A DNA stretch of 64,000 nucleotides from the NCBI GenBank assembly GCA_965223905.1, contig CBDCXV010000010.1:896001-960000 (forward strand). Reading direction: 5' to 3'. Positions within the stretch are counted from its first letter, which is position 1, and the number at the start of each line of letters is the position of its first letter. The DNA comes from Candidatus Latescibacterota bacterium (GTDB lineage: Bacteria > Latescibacterota > UBA2968 > UBA8231). A program made the translations under genes and the position numbers. Positions 1 through 10,197 of this stretch are shown in pieces. The notes under the pieces were generated by a model. The model had not been told where the DNA came from. It did not search any database and worked only from the letters and a program-made list of their open reading frames with translations.

Positions 1-573
1 AACGACTTAATACAGGTATCTCTGCGACGAGACGAGACACTAGTTCCAAGGTCATCCAGAATCGGGCCGTCTACGGTGCGGGCAATCGCCTCGTAATTCT
101 GAGCTTGCCCCTTGGCATCCAGCCACTCTTCCGGTGACGAACTGTTGTTACCACCTGCACCTCCGCTGTGGTCCCCGTCGATGGCCAGGGAGATAATGTC
201 ATATGCACGCATAGGACCTACCCACGCTGTTGTCGTGGTTGTTCTTGTACAGGTCGTCGCTGGCTATGAAGGCCACAAAGAAACGGGCCGGGTCGTCGTG
301 CCAGGCCAGCCAGATGCGGAAGTCGAGATCGGACGGATCGAGTGCCCGGTCATCTACCTCTCTGAAATCCAGCAGGGTCATGGAGGGCTCGCCGATCAAC
401 TCCTGCCATTCCTCCACCGAGCCGTCCTTGAGATCGATCTTTTCCAGCATCTCGTTGCTGAGATAGGAGATCGGGTACACGCGGTCGCCCGTGTGGGCGC
501 CGGCCGAGACTGCCAGCAACAGGACGAGGCCCAGGGCGGCGCAGCACTGCTTCTTGATTCGCACACCCGTCAT
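1..573 (-). pseudogene. Secreted 'SWGRIK'-family paralog B; frameshifted near 200 and running off the window edge
   Basis: Signal peptide (CAALGLVLLLAVSAGA), then DPSDLDFRIWLAWHDDPARF. After the stop at 199 another frame continues DIISLAIDGDHSGGAG...YEAIARTVDGPILD, homologous to paralog A. Confidence 0.7.
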
Positions 574-584
574 CGCTTTCCTCC

Positions 585-1542
585 TTACTCCATCTCAAGG
601 GAGGCCTTGATCCGGCCCCAGGAAACCGACTCGACCGCGCTGTCTTCCCCGGATTCCGCCTCGGCGGGGGGCAGCAGCAGGCCGTCGAGATAGCCGTCGG
701 CTTGCAGGTCGAAAATGCCATAATAGTGGTCGGCAGGTTGCGAGGCTTCGACCCAGGGCGCCCCCCATTCGTCTTCGGGAGGGTCCTCCTCATACACCAT
801 GACCCCGAAGCCGATTATTTTGTTTGGGGCCAGATCGCTGACCGCGCTCCCCTCGATGTCGTCCCACGCCCAGCGGTCGAACGGGGTGACGTACAGCTCG
901 ATCACGCTGATGATCGGGTTTTCTCCGGCCCACCCCCCCTCCGCCGTCCCCGTAAGGGGGCAGGACCGTCCAGGCGAACTCTCCCGACCTGTACCTGGTG
1001 AATGTTTCATCCAGGATCGGCCCTTCAGGGGTGCGAGCGATGGCGAAATATCCCTGACTTCGGTCCCGAATATCCGCCCCCTCTTCTATCGAGCAATTGT
1101 TGTCACAGCCTGCGCCGCACGCCGTGATCTCCGTCGATCACCAGAGAGATACTGTCATGCAGGATCATTAAATCTTGTACGGAAGTTTGGCTGGCATTGT
1201 ATTCGTGGGTGTTCTGGTAGATGTCGTCGCTGGCCACGAAGGCCACGTAGAAACGGGCCGGATCGTCGTGCCAGGCCAGCCAGATGCGGAAGTCGAGATC
1301 GGACGGATCAGGCGCTTCCAAGTCACCTACGTCGCTGAAATCCAGCAGGGTCATGGAGGCTCGCCGATCAGCTCCTGCCACTCATCCACCGAGCCGTCCT
1401 TGAGATCGATCTTTTCCAGCATCTCGTCGCTGAGATAGTGGATCGGGTACAAGCAGTCGCCGATGTGGGCCCCGGCGGAGACGGCCCACAGGACCAAGCC
1501 AAGGGCGGCGCAACACTTCTTCCTGCTTCCGACAGAAGTCAT
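585..1542 (-). pseudogene. Secreted 'SWGRIK'-family paralog A, split by several frameshifts
   Basis: Fragments 1351-1542, 1103-1381 and 585-1010 join into one protein colinear with paralog B and with 26586-27155. Single-base indels are visible, e.g. GGAGGCTC here vs GGAGGGCTC in B. Ends AVESVSWGRIKASLEME. Confidence 0.75.
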
Positions 1543-1747
1543 CTCTTTCCTCCTGCCCGGTCCGTGTCACCCCCGGCAATCGGTTTCACGGCAGCCGGTG
1601 CGCTGCATGAACCTCCCTTCGCAGGCTCAATATAGCCCAACCTGCCGGCGCAACGGCGCGGAAACTGCGCCAGGCAAACCTCTCGCTTCGGTGTAACCCC
1701 CTGCGCCATGCCGTATCTTTGCGGCCACACTCATTCCGGAAAACCAG

Positions 1748-2986
1748 ATGTCAACCACCAGAAAAGGACTGCTGACCGCGGTCGGCCCGGGTATGCTGGT
1801 CGCCGCCACCGGGGTAGGCGCCGGCGACCTCGCCACCGCGGCGCTCACCGGCTCCCGGCTCGGCCTCGCCATCCTCTGGGCGGTCGTGGTTGGGGCCTTC
1901 GTCAAGTTCGTCCTCAACGAGGGGCTGACGCGCTGGCAACTGGCCACTGGCGAGACCCTGCTCGAAGGGGCCATGCGCCGCCTCGGCAGGCCGGCTCAGT
2001 ACATCTTCCTCGCCTACCTCCTCGCCTGGAGCTTCATGGTGGCCGCGGCGCTGATGAGCGCCAGCGGCATCGCCGCCCATGCCATGCTGCCGATCGCAGC
2101 GGATCCCTCCGACGGCAAGATCGTCTACGGCGCCCTGCTCAGCCTGGTCGGCCTGGCGATGGTGCGGATCGGCGGCTACCGCCTTTTCGAGAAAGTGATG
2201 GGCTTCTTCATCGCCGTGATGTTCGCCACCGTGCTGATCACCGCCGTCCTCCTCCAGCCTCCGCTCGGGGCGGTCCTGAAGGGGCTGGCATGGCCGTCGA
2301 TTCCCGATCTCACCGGCAACGGGCTGTCCTGGACGATTGCGCTCATGGGCGGGGTCGGGGGCACGGTGACCGTGCTCTGCTACGGCTACTGGATCCGCGA
2401 GGAGGGACGCGGCTCCGCCGGCGACCTGGCCGCCTGCCGTTTCGACCTCGGCGTCGCCTATGCGGTGACCGCCCTCTTCGGAATTGCGATGGTGGTGATC
2501 GGCAGCGCCATCGAGGCCGACGGCAAAGGGGCGACCCTGGTCATCCGGCTGGCCGACCGCCTCGGGGGTGAGCTCGGGGCGCTGGGGAAATGGGCCTTCC
2601 TGATCGGGGCCTTCGGCGCCATCTTCAGCAGCCTCCTCGGGGTCTGGCAGAGCGTCCCCTACCTGTTCAGCGACCTGTGGGGGATGATGCGTGCCGGCGA
2701 TTCCCCGCCGCCGCCGGTGAGCACCGATTCGGCCGTGTACCGCTGGTTCCTGTACGGGCTCGCGATCCTGCCGATGGCCGGGCTCTGGGTCGGCTTCGCG
2801 AAGATGCAGAAGACCTACGCCGTCTTCGGCGCCCTCTTCATGCCGATGCTCGCCCTGGTGCTGCTGCTGCTCAACGGGCGCTCCGCCTGGATCGGCCGGC
2901 AGTACCGCAACCGGCCGCTGACGACGCTCCTTCTCCTGCTCATTCTCATCTTCTTCGCCGCCGCCGGGTACCTGGCGGTGGCCTGA
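1748..2986 (+). CDS. Nramp-family (MntH-like) divalent metal/solute transporter
   Basis: GPGMLVAATGVGAGDL N-terminal motif, KFVLNEGLTRWQLATGETLLEG, about 11 hydrophobic segments. Confidence 0.85.
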   Translation: MSTTRKGLLTAVGPGMLVAATGVGAGDLATAALTGSRLGLAILWAVVVGAFVKFVLNEGLTRWQLATGETLLEGAMRRLGRPAQYIFLAYLLAWSFMVAAALMSASGIAAHAMLPIAADPSDGKIVYGALLSLVGLAMVRIGGYRLFEKVMGFFIAVMFATVLITAVLLQPPLGAVLKGLAWPSIPDLTGNGLSWTIALMGGVGGTVTVLCYGYWIREEGRGSAGDLAACRFDLGVAYAVTALFGIAMVVIGSAIEADGKGATLVIRLADRLGGELGALGKWAFLIGAFGAIFSSLLGVWQSVPYLFSDLWGMMRAGDSPPPPVSTDSAVYRWFLYGLAILPMAGLWVGFAKMQKTYAVFGALFMPMLALVLLLLNGRSAWIGRQYRNRPLTTLLLLLILIFFAAAGYLAVA

Positions 2987-3003
2987 ACCTGCACGAGGTT
3001 GCG

Positions 3004-3840
3004 ATGAAAACCGCACTGACCCCCGAACAGATCGAACACCACCGCCGCGAAGGCTGGACCATCGTCGAGGGCTTTCTCTCCCCGGAAGAGCTCGCGGAGC
3101 TCAGCGACGCGGTCGACGATTCGGTCGCGCGCATGGGAGACGCCAAGCTGACCGGCGAAGGGAACGAGCGCATCCGAAAGAACGAGGGCGGCAGCGAGTA
3201 CTACGACCGCGTCTTCCTGCAGCGCCTCAACCTCTGGAAGATCGACGACACCATGAGGAAGTACATGCTCTCCCCGGAGCTGGGGGAGATGCTCTGCCGG
3301 CTCGAGGGGATCGACGGCATCCGCGTCTGGCACGACCAGACCCTGCAGAAGGGCCCCTGGGGAAACCCGAGCTCCTGGCATATCGACGTGCCGAGCTGGT
3401 CCTTCCGTTCGCCGCACGCGATCTCGATCTGGATCGCCCTCGACGACGCCACCATCCAGAACGGCTGCATGTACTACATCTCCGGATCCCACCGCGAGGC
3501 GGTGTACGAGAAGCGAGGGGGATTCGGGCCCAACGTCGGCGCCATTTTCGAGGAGTATCCCGAGTGGCGCGGCCGCGACCCGGTCGCCGTCACCCTGAAG
3601 GCGGGGGACGCCGCCCTCCACAACGGGCTGATGGCGCACGCCGCCGGCCCCAACATGACGCCGCGCTCCCGCCGCGCCATGACCTGCGCCTACATGCCGG
3701 ACGGGGCCACCTTCAACGGCAACCAGAACATCCTCTCCGACGCGCAGATAGCGAAGCTCGAGATCGGGGACCTGCTCGATGACGAGAGCCAGGTGCCGCT
3801 GGTCTGGTCGAAGGAGACGGCCGCGGCCGGCAGCCGGTAG
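3004..3840 (+). CDS. Phytanoyl-CoA dioxygenase (PhyH) family Fe(II)/2OG oxygenase
   Basis: WHID (HxD), IWIALDDATIQNGCM, distal H in HAAGPN, RRAM. ATG at 3004 follows a GAGG RBS. Confidence 0.9.
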   Translation: MKTALTPEQIEHHRREGWTIVEGFLSPEELAELSDAVDDSVARMGDAKLTGEGNERIRKNEGGSEYYDRVFLQRLNLWKIDDTMRKYMLSPELGEMLCRLEGIDGIRVWHDQTLQKGPWGNPSSWHIDVPSWSFRSPHAISIWIALDDATIQNGCMYYISGSHREAVYEKRGGFGPNVGAIFEEYPEWRGRDPVAVTLKAGDAALHNGLMAHAAGPNMTPRSRRAMTCAYMPDGATFNGNQNILSDAQIAKLEIGDLLDDESQVPLVWSKETAAAGSR

Positions 3841-3891
3841 CGCCGCCGGCCGGGCCGGGTGGGGCGTATCCACTCGCGGACGAGAGGCCAC

Positions 3892-4598
3892 TCAAGGCAT
3901 TCCAGAGCCGTCCGGCATTCTCGCACCGGTCAGGTTTGCGTCTGTCAGGTCGGCACCAGCCAAATTGGCGCCTTGCAGGATCGCAACAGTCAGGTTCGCA
4001 CCTCGAAGGTTCGCATCCGTTAGGTTGGCACCACGCAGATCCGTGTCTTCCAGATTGGCACCTTCCAAGTCAGCTCCACGAAGAGTTGCACTACTTAGGT
4101 TGGCCCCTTCCAGGTTGACACCTTCCAGATTTGCCCTGGTCAGGTTTGCCGCGATCAAATCCACAGCAACCAAGGTCGAGCCGCGCAGGTTCGCCTCTGT
4201 CAAATTCGCCTCCGTCAGGTTCGCTCCGCTTAGATTGGCCCCGCCTATTAGAGTCGCACAGTACATGTTCGCACGGGAGAGGTCTGCTAAGTTCAGACGC
4301 GCGGAAATAAGCTTCCCGTAGGGTAGGTTTGCGGCGGTCAGCTTTGCGCGGGTCAGGTCCGAGTTGCTCAGATCCGCGCTATCCAGCTTCGCCCTTTCCA
4401 AATCGGCACCTCTCAAGTCCGCACCTCTCAAGTCCCTACCTACCCAATTTATTGGTTCTTGTATTTTCCCTTTTCTTGGGTATCCGATCCTCGCGGTTCA
4501 GATTTTAAACTTTGGCATTGGTTAGATTCAGTGTCGCAGCCAAAGTTTAAAACCAAGGTCGCGGCGACCGCTGCGGCCGCGCGTTGTAGAGTCGTCAT
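3892..4598 (-). pseudogene. Pentapeptide-repeat protein, probably a lipoprotein; leader out of frame with the repeats
   Basis: A(D/N)Lxx repeats over 3892-4431. Upstream ATG 4598 gives MTTLQRAAAAVAATLVLNFGC (lipobox-like) but stops near 4450 in another frame. Lower GC than the flanks. Confidence 0.65.
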
Positions 4599-4745
4599 GG
4601 GCATCCTCTCCAAGTTAGAAATTAGAAGAATCCAGGGACCCGTTCCGTCGGAAGTTTCATCGAACCCCGCCGGGACTACGGGCGGCCCCTAGAATTCCCT
4701 GACAGCCCGGGCCTCCCGGGGCCCGCTTCTTTTCATTGACCCGAA

Positions 4746-5549
4746 TCAGCCGGCCGAGGACTGCTCCGCGTCATCCACCACTCCCCCGGCTGCCGCCCAC
4801 TCCTCGTATTCCCGCAGGCCCACCTCGTCGAACGGGTAGTACCTCGACAGGGCGCCCCCCTGCTGCAGCTTCATGCGCACGAAAACTTCCTTCTCGTCGC
4901 GCGAGCCCCCGATCTCGAGGATCTTCGGAATCAGCCGCGGCGGCACCGCGATGGCGCCGCCGTCGTCGGCCATGATCACGTCCCCTGGATGGACCTGCAC
5001 CTTGCCGCAGGCGATCGGCAGGTTGACGTCGGCCGGGAACATGTTGAGGTGGCCGGCCCCACCGGTGGTCACCCCGACAGACCAGACCGGCACCTTGAGG
5101 TCGTTGAAGATCGGCGCGGAATCCCTTATCGCCGCGTCGATCACCACGCCGGCTCCTCCCCGGGCCTTGAAGTAGGTCATCAGCATCTCGCCGAAGCAGC
5201 CGGTCGCCAGGTCCCCGCGGCCGTCGACTACGATGACGTCTCCTTCCTGGACGTAGTCGAACACCTCCCACAGGGCGGTGCGCTTTTCCCCTTCCTCCTC
5301 CCCTTCGACGACGGACGTGGCCTGATCTTCACCCGGGACCTGGTACCCCTTCATCAGGTCCTCGCGCATGGGCAGGAAGCGCAGGGTCAGGGCCGGGCCG
5401 GCGATCTTGCTGCCGGGAACCCGGGCAACCGGTCCTTCCATGAAGGTGCGGCGCACGCCGAGGCCCTCCATGGTCGAGGTGACGGTGTCAACGCCGATCC
5501 TGCCCAAAGCTTCGACCACTTCCCGTGGGGGCCGCACGATGTCATTCAT
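4746..5549 (-). CDS. RraA-family / HMG-CHA aldolase-like protein
   Basis: GPALTLRFLPMRED, GDVIVVD, FGEML, IRD, VHPGDVIMADDGGAIAVP. ATG 5549 follows AGGAGGAGG. Confidence 0.85.
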   Translation of the reverse strand: MNDIVRPPREVVEALGRIGVDTVTSTMEGLGVRRTFMEGPVARVPGSKIAGPALTLRFLPMREDLMKGYQVPGEDQATSVVEGEEEGEKRTALWEVFDYVQEGDVIVVDGRGDLATGCFGEMLMTYFKARGGAGVVIDAAIRDSAPIFNDLKVPVWSVGVTTGGAGHLNMFPADVNLPIACGKVQVHPGDVIMADDGGAIAVPPRLIPKILEIGGSRDEKEVFVRMKLQQGGALSRYYPFDEVGLREYEEWAAAGGVVDDAEQSSAG

Positions 5550-5654
5550 TTCCCTCCTCCTTCGGTTTGTGCCCGGTGGTTTCCCTGCCAATATTGAGCC
5601 GCGCAAAAAAAGACGCCGATCACGACTCGCACACAACCTTCCCGGAGACATCCC

Positions 5655-6476
5655 ATGAGAATCGCACGTATCGCCGACGCCGACCTGAGGGCGGCCGAAA
5701 ACTGCCACGGCGGAGCCGGCCACCTCGACTACGCCCGCCATTGGGGCAGGAACGACTTCGAGACCCCCTGGTATTTCGTCCATTGCGGCTCGATTCCCCC
5801 GGGGGGCGGCATCGGCCATCACCGCCACGTCAACTGCGAGGAGATGTTCGTCACCTTCGACAACGCCGCCCAGTTCACCCACAACGGCCGCACCGTCGAG
5901 GTCGATGGGGGCGCCTGCGTCCCCTGCCGCAAGGGGGAGTCGCACGGCATCTACAACCACACCGCGAAGCCGACCCGGTGGATGAACTTCTGCGTCGCCG
6001 ACCCGGACGACGGGTACGACGCCGACGACTTCGGAGACGACCGCGTCGGCGCGCCCCTGGAGTCGGCCGACCGCATTCCTCTGGGGCGCTTCGACAGGTC
6101 GCTGCTGACCGGCCACAGCGAGGTGCACAAGGGCAGGGGGGAGATCGGCATCCGCAACATCTGGCAGCACTCCGACTTCCGCACCAACTGGCATTTCGTC
6201 GCCCACGTCCTGATGCCCCCGGGAACCTCGATAGGATACCACCGCCACGACGCCCTCGAGGAGACCTACGTCGTCATCGACGGCTGCGGGCGCATGACGG
6301 TCGACGATGAAACCGAAGAGGTGTACGCCGGCGCCTCGATCCCCAACCGGCTCGGCGGTTCCCACGGGATATTCAACCACCGGCAGGAAGACCTCGAGCT
6401 GTTCATCATGGCGGTGACCCTGGAGCCCGGAGCGGCCGACAGCGAGGACCTCGGCGACGACCTCGTGAACCGCTGA
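5655..6476 (+). CDS. Bicupin (two cupin domains)
   Basis: Twice IG(H/Y)HRH..(C/L)EE and ..HGI(Y/F)N motifs. Confidence 0.85.
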   Translation: MRIARIADADLRAAENCHGGAGHLDYARHWGRNDFETPWYFVHCGSIPPGGGIGHHRHVNCEEMFVTFDNAAQFTHNGRTVEVDGGACVPCRKGESHGIYNHTAKPTRWMNFCVADPDDGYDADDFGDDRVGAPLESADRIPLGRFDRSLLTGHSEVHKGRGEIGIRNIWQHSDFRTNWHFVAHVLMPPGTSIGYHRHDALEETYVVIDGCGRMTVDDETEEVYAGASIPNRLGGSHGIFNHRQEDLELFIMAVTLEPGAADSEDLGDDLVNR

Positions 6477-6553
6477 AGTTCCGGTCCGGCAACCGCCGCG
6501 TGCCTCACCCCTGAACGGGGCCGCGGCCTGCTGCCCGGCTTCCGATACTCTCC

Positions 6554-7303
6554 ATGGCCCAGAAGTGGGACCCGGAACAGTATGAGCGGGAGGGCGGCTT
6601 CGTCGCCGACTACGGGCGCGGGGTCGCCGGGATGCTCGATCCGCAGCCGGGGGAGCGCATCCTCGATCTCGGCTGCGGCGACGGCAGGTTGTCGGAGTTC
6701 CTGGCGAAATCCTGCTGCCGCCTGGTCGCCGTCGACTCGAGCCCGGAGCAGGTCCGCGCGGCGCACACCCGCGGCCTCGACGCCCGCGTCATCGACGCCG
6801 GCAGGCTGCCGTTCCGGGAGGAGTTCGACGCCGTCTTCAGCAACGCCGCCCTCCACTGGATGAGGCGACCCGAGGCGGTCGCCCGCGGGGTCTTCGCCGC
6901 CCTCAGGCCGGGGGGCCGCTATGTCGGCGAGCTCGGGGGCAGGGGAAACATCGCCGCCATCCGCGGCGCCCTCGCCGCGGCCCTGCCTGCCTACGGACTC
7001 GATTTCGACGACCTCGACCCGTGGTATTTCCCCGGGGAGAAGCAGTACTCCGCGCTCCTGCAGGCTGCCGGGTTCTCCGTCGACCGCATCGAGCTGTTCG
7101 ACCGGCCGACGCCGCTGCCGGGCGGCATCGCCGGGTGGCTGCGCACCTTCACCCGGGGCTTTCTCGAACAGGTCCCCGAGGCGGATCGCGAGGGATTTCT
7201 CGCCGGGCTCGCCGCCTCCCTGGAGCCTGCGCTGCGGCGCGAGGACGGAGAGTGGTTCGTAGACTATGTGCGGCTGCGCTTCGCCGCGACGAAGCCCGCC
7301 TGA
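6554..7303 (+). CDS. Class I SAM-dependent methyltransferase (Tam-like)
   Basis: ILDLGCGDG, FDAVFSNAALHW, DYVRLRF. Confidence 0.9.
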   Translation: MAQKWDPEQYEREGGFVADYGRGVAGMLDPQPGERILDLGCGDGRLSEFLAKSCCRLVAVDSSPEQVRAAHTRGLDARVIDAGRLPFREEFDAVFSNAALHWMRRPEAVARGVFAALRPGGRYVGELGGRGNIAAIRGALAAALPAYGLDFDDLDPWYFPGEKQYSALLQAAGFSVDRIELFDRPTPLPGGIAGWLRTFTRGFLEQVPEADREGFLAGLAASLEPALRREDGEWFVDYVRLRFAATKPA

Positions 7304-7361
7304 CGGAAGCAACCGGCACCCCACCGATTCCCGATCCCGATTCCGACCAGGAGGCAGGGCA

Positions 7362-8912
7362 ATGGCCGACCGCCGCTCCAAGGTCCCGCAGCGGACCTAC
7401 GCTACCACCCTCGACGAGCAGCTGAGACAGCTCGATACCGATCCGCTGCTGCAGCGGTTCCAGGCCTCGCGGGAACGGCTCTCCAGCGATCCGCACCGGC
7501 CCGTCTACCACTACGTCAACCCCGAGGGCAACCTCAACGACCCGAACGGGTTCTGCTGCTGGCAGGGGCGTTACCACCTTTTCTACCAGGCGTACCCGCC
7601 CGAGGACGTCCGCCAGCACTGGGGGCACGCCTGCAGCGAGGACCTCGTGCACTGGCGCGACCTGCCGCTGGCGATCTACCCCGACCCGGAGGACAAGTGC
7701 TTCAGCGGCTCCACCCTGGTCGAGGAGGACCGCGTCCTCGCCTGCTACCACGGCATCGATGAGGGCACCATGATCGCGGCCTCCTCCGACCCCCTGCTGC
7801 TCAACTGGGAGAAGCTGACCGGGAAAGCCGTCATCCCCGACGTCGAGCCGGATGCCGCGGGGAATCCCTACCGCGTCGGCGATCCCTGCATCTGGCGGGA
7901 AGAGGACGGCTACTACTCCCTCTCCGGGGGATACGTCGATGGTGCCATCTTCGAGGACTGCCGCATGGCGGAATTCCTCTTTCACTCGCAGGACCTCGAG
8001 CGCTGGATCTACCTGGGCCGTTTCGTCGAGAACGACATCTTCACCGCCCCGGGGGAGGACGGCGCCGTCCCCTACTTCTGGCCGATCGGCGACCGGCACA
8101 TCCTGCTGTTCGCCAGCCACCAGCGCGGCTCCCAGTACCTGATCGGCGACTACGACAGGCTGCGCCGCCGCTTCCGGGCCAGCGGCCACGGCCGCTTCAA
8201 CTTCGGACCGCTGCGCAACGGCGGCGTGCACGCCCCGTCGGCCTTTCCCGACGGCGACGGCGGCATCCTGCTGATCCACAACATCAACCACGGCCGCAAC
8301 ACCGAAGGCTGGAACCACATCATGTCCCTGGTGCGCAGGCTCACCCTCAACGGCGACGGCTCCCTGCGGGTCGAGCCGGTGGCGGCGATAGAGGGGCAGC
8401 GCGGCGAGCACCGGCGCCTCGACGCAACCACACTGCTCCCGAACCGGGAGTACGTGCTGCCCGGGATCGAGGGGACCGCCCTGGAGCTGTCGCTGGCGCT
8501 CGATCCGGGCAGCGCCCGCGAGCTGAGGATCGAGGTGCTGCGCTCCCCCGACCGCCGGGAGCACACCTCGATCCGCTATCTCAGGGAAGGGGGGCTGGCG
8601 CAGAGTCCGGGCGACTACCGCTGGAAGGGGGACGCCCTGGTGATCGACAACGCCTGCAGCTCCTTCTCCCCGGGGGTGCTGGCACGGCCGCCCGAGACCG
8701 CCCCGTTCCAGCTCGCCGAAGGAGAGCTTCTCGACCTGCGCATCTTCGTCGACAAGAGCGTCGTCGAGCTGTTCGCCAACGGCCGGCAGGCCATGGGCCT
8801 GCGCGCCTACCCCGACCGCGAGGACAGCGTCGGGGTGTCGATCACCGCGGTCGGCGGCCAGGCCTCCATGCTGTCGCTCGACGCCTGGCAGATGCGCAGC
8901 ATCTACTCCTGA
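7362..8912 (+). CDS. Glycoside hydrolase family 32-like protein
   Basis: HRPVYH, NDPNG, HWGHA.SEDLVHW, CFSGS, GDP, and C-terminal LRIFVDKSVVELF beta-sandwich. Confidence 0.88.
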   Translation: MADRRSKVPQRTYATTLDEQLRQLDTDPLLQRFQASRERLSSDPHRPVYHYVNPEGNLNDPNGFCCWQGRYHLFYQAYPPEDVRQHWGHACSEDLVHWRDLPLAIYPDPEDKCFSGSTLVEEDRVLACYHGIDEGTMIAASSDPLLLNWEKLTGKAVIPDVEPDAAGNPYRVGDPCIWREEDGYYSLSGGYVDGAIFEDCRMAEFLFHSQDLERWIYLGRFVENDIFTAPGEDGAVPYFWPIGDRHILLFASHQRGSQYLIGDYDRLRRRFRASGHGRFNFGPLRNGGVHAPSAFPDGDGGILLIHNINHGRNTEGWNHIMSLVRRLTLNGDGSLRVEPVAAIEGQRGEHRRLDATTLLPNREYVLPGIEGTALELSLALDPGSARELRIEVLRSPDRREHTSIRYLREGGLAQSPGDYRWKGDALVIDNACSSFSPGVLARPPETAPFQLAEGELLDLRIFVDKSVVELFANGRQAMGLRAYPDREDSVGVSITAVGGQASMLSLDAWQMRSIYS

Positions 8913-9393
8913 ATCGGCTGCACCTGCTCCGCAGCCCCTACCGGGCTGTTGCTTCGGAGACCTGCGGCTCATCCCCGCGTTTCCTCGCAACCCCCGGTGC
9001 GGGAACGTTGCCGCGTTCTCCGCATCGACCCGCCCCTGGAAGCGGCCGCATGCCCGGCACCGGCCGAGGCGGAATCCACGGTCGACTGCGGCCGTCCATC
9101 GCCCGCTTCTCCGCACATCGCAACGAGCGCCGCGGTCTCGGGGGTCGCGCCTGCCCTCCGGCACCGTCAGCAGAAAACTTCCTGCAGTGTAGTACTGTTA
9201 GCCCCTTCCATCGTCTATAACGACATCCGGCCATATTCCGGCATTCCCCGGTATCCCGAGTCCGGGCCGGATTCTCCGGTGCCGCGGATCCGCTGTTTCC
9301 GTACCCTGCATCGGGCTATCTTCGGTCGAACAGCGTATTCGGGCGGTCCCGCGGGAAGGCTGCGGGCCCATCACCAACCGAAGGAGACGCCTC

Positions 9394-10116
9394 ATGGAAA
9401 ACACAACCTCGCAGTCCACTCAGCCCGGCCTGATCGGCCGCATGATCCGGGTCTTCTACGCCCCCCGGGAAACCTTCGAGGCGGTCGCGGAGTCGAGAAC
9501 GGCGATCGACTGGGTGGCGCCGGCCGCGGTCTCCGCCATCGTCGCCCTCGCCGCCGCGGTGGCGATCGTGCCGCTGGCAATGGAAGAGGGGGCCCGCGTG
9601 ATGCAGGAACAGATGCAGGGGCAGGAGATCAACGACGATCAGCGCGAGATGATGGAGAAGATGGCAGGGGCCGGGCAGACCGTCGGCATCGTCATGGCCC
9701 CGGTCGTCAGCTTCGTCGTGCTGTTCATCTCCGCCCTGCTGCTGCTCGGAGCAGGAAGGATCGCAGGCGCCGGCATCGGCTACTCGGGGATGCTGACCGT
9801 GAGCGCCTACTCGTCGCTGGTGCAGGCGCTGAAAGGGATCATCGTCACTCCCCTGATGCTCGCCAAGAAGAGCATGGTGGTGCATACCGGTCTCGGACTC
9901 CTGCTCCCCGGAGAGATGATGAACACCTTCGCCGGCCGCTTTCTCGCCGGCATCGAGATCTTCATGCTGTGGCAGATCCTCATCGTCGCCGTCGGGATCT
10001 CCGCTCTCGGCAACGTCGACATGCGCAGGGCCCTCGTTCCGGTGGTGCTGCTGTGGCTGATCTTCCTGCTGATCGCCGCAGGCTTCGGAGGCCTGCAGCA
10101 GATGGGAGCCCGGTGA
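9394..10116 (+). CDS. Yip1-family membrane protein (YknW-like)
   Basis: 'P.ETFE' start, multiple TM helices, directly upstream of an MFP-ABC cassette. Confidence 0.8.
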   Translation: MENTTSQSTQPGLIGRMIRVFYAPRETFEAVAESRTAIDWVAPAAVSAIVALAAAVAIVPLAMEEGARVMQEQMQGQEINDDQREMMEKMAGAGQTVGIVMAPVVSFVVLFISALLLLGAGRIAGAGIGYSGMLTVSAYSSLVQALKGIIVTPLMLAKKSMVVHTGLGLLLPGEMMNTFAGRFLAGIEIFMLWQILIVAVGISALGNVDMRRALVPVVLLWLIFLLIAAGFGGLQQMGAR

Positions 10117-10197
10117 CCGCGCTCCTCTGGAGGACGGCCGCGGCCCGGATGAAGCAAGCACCGAACCCGCTGTTCCCGGGACCGGGAGGCTGAAACG

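Noticed and set aside
1-1542. Diversity-generating retroelement
   Set aside because: No reverse transcriptase in the window, and differences between paralogs are not confined to adenines
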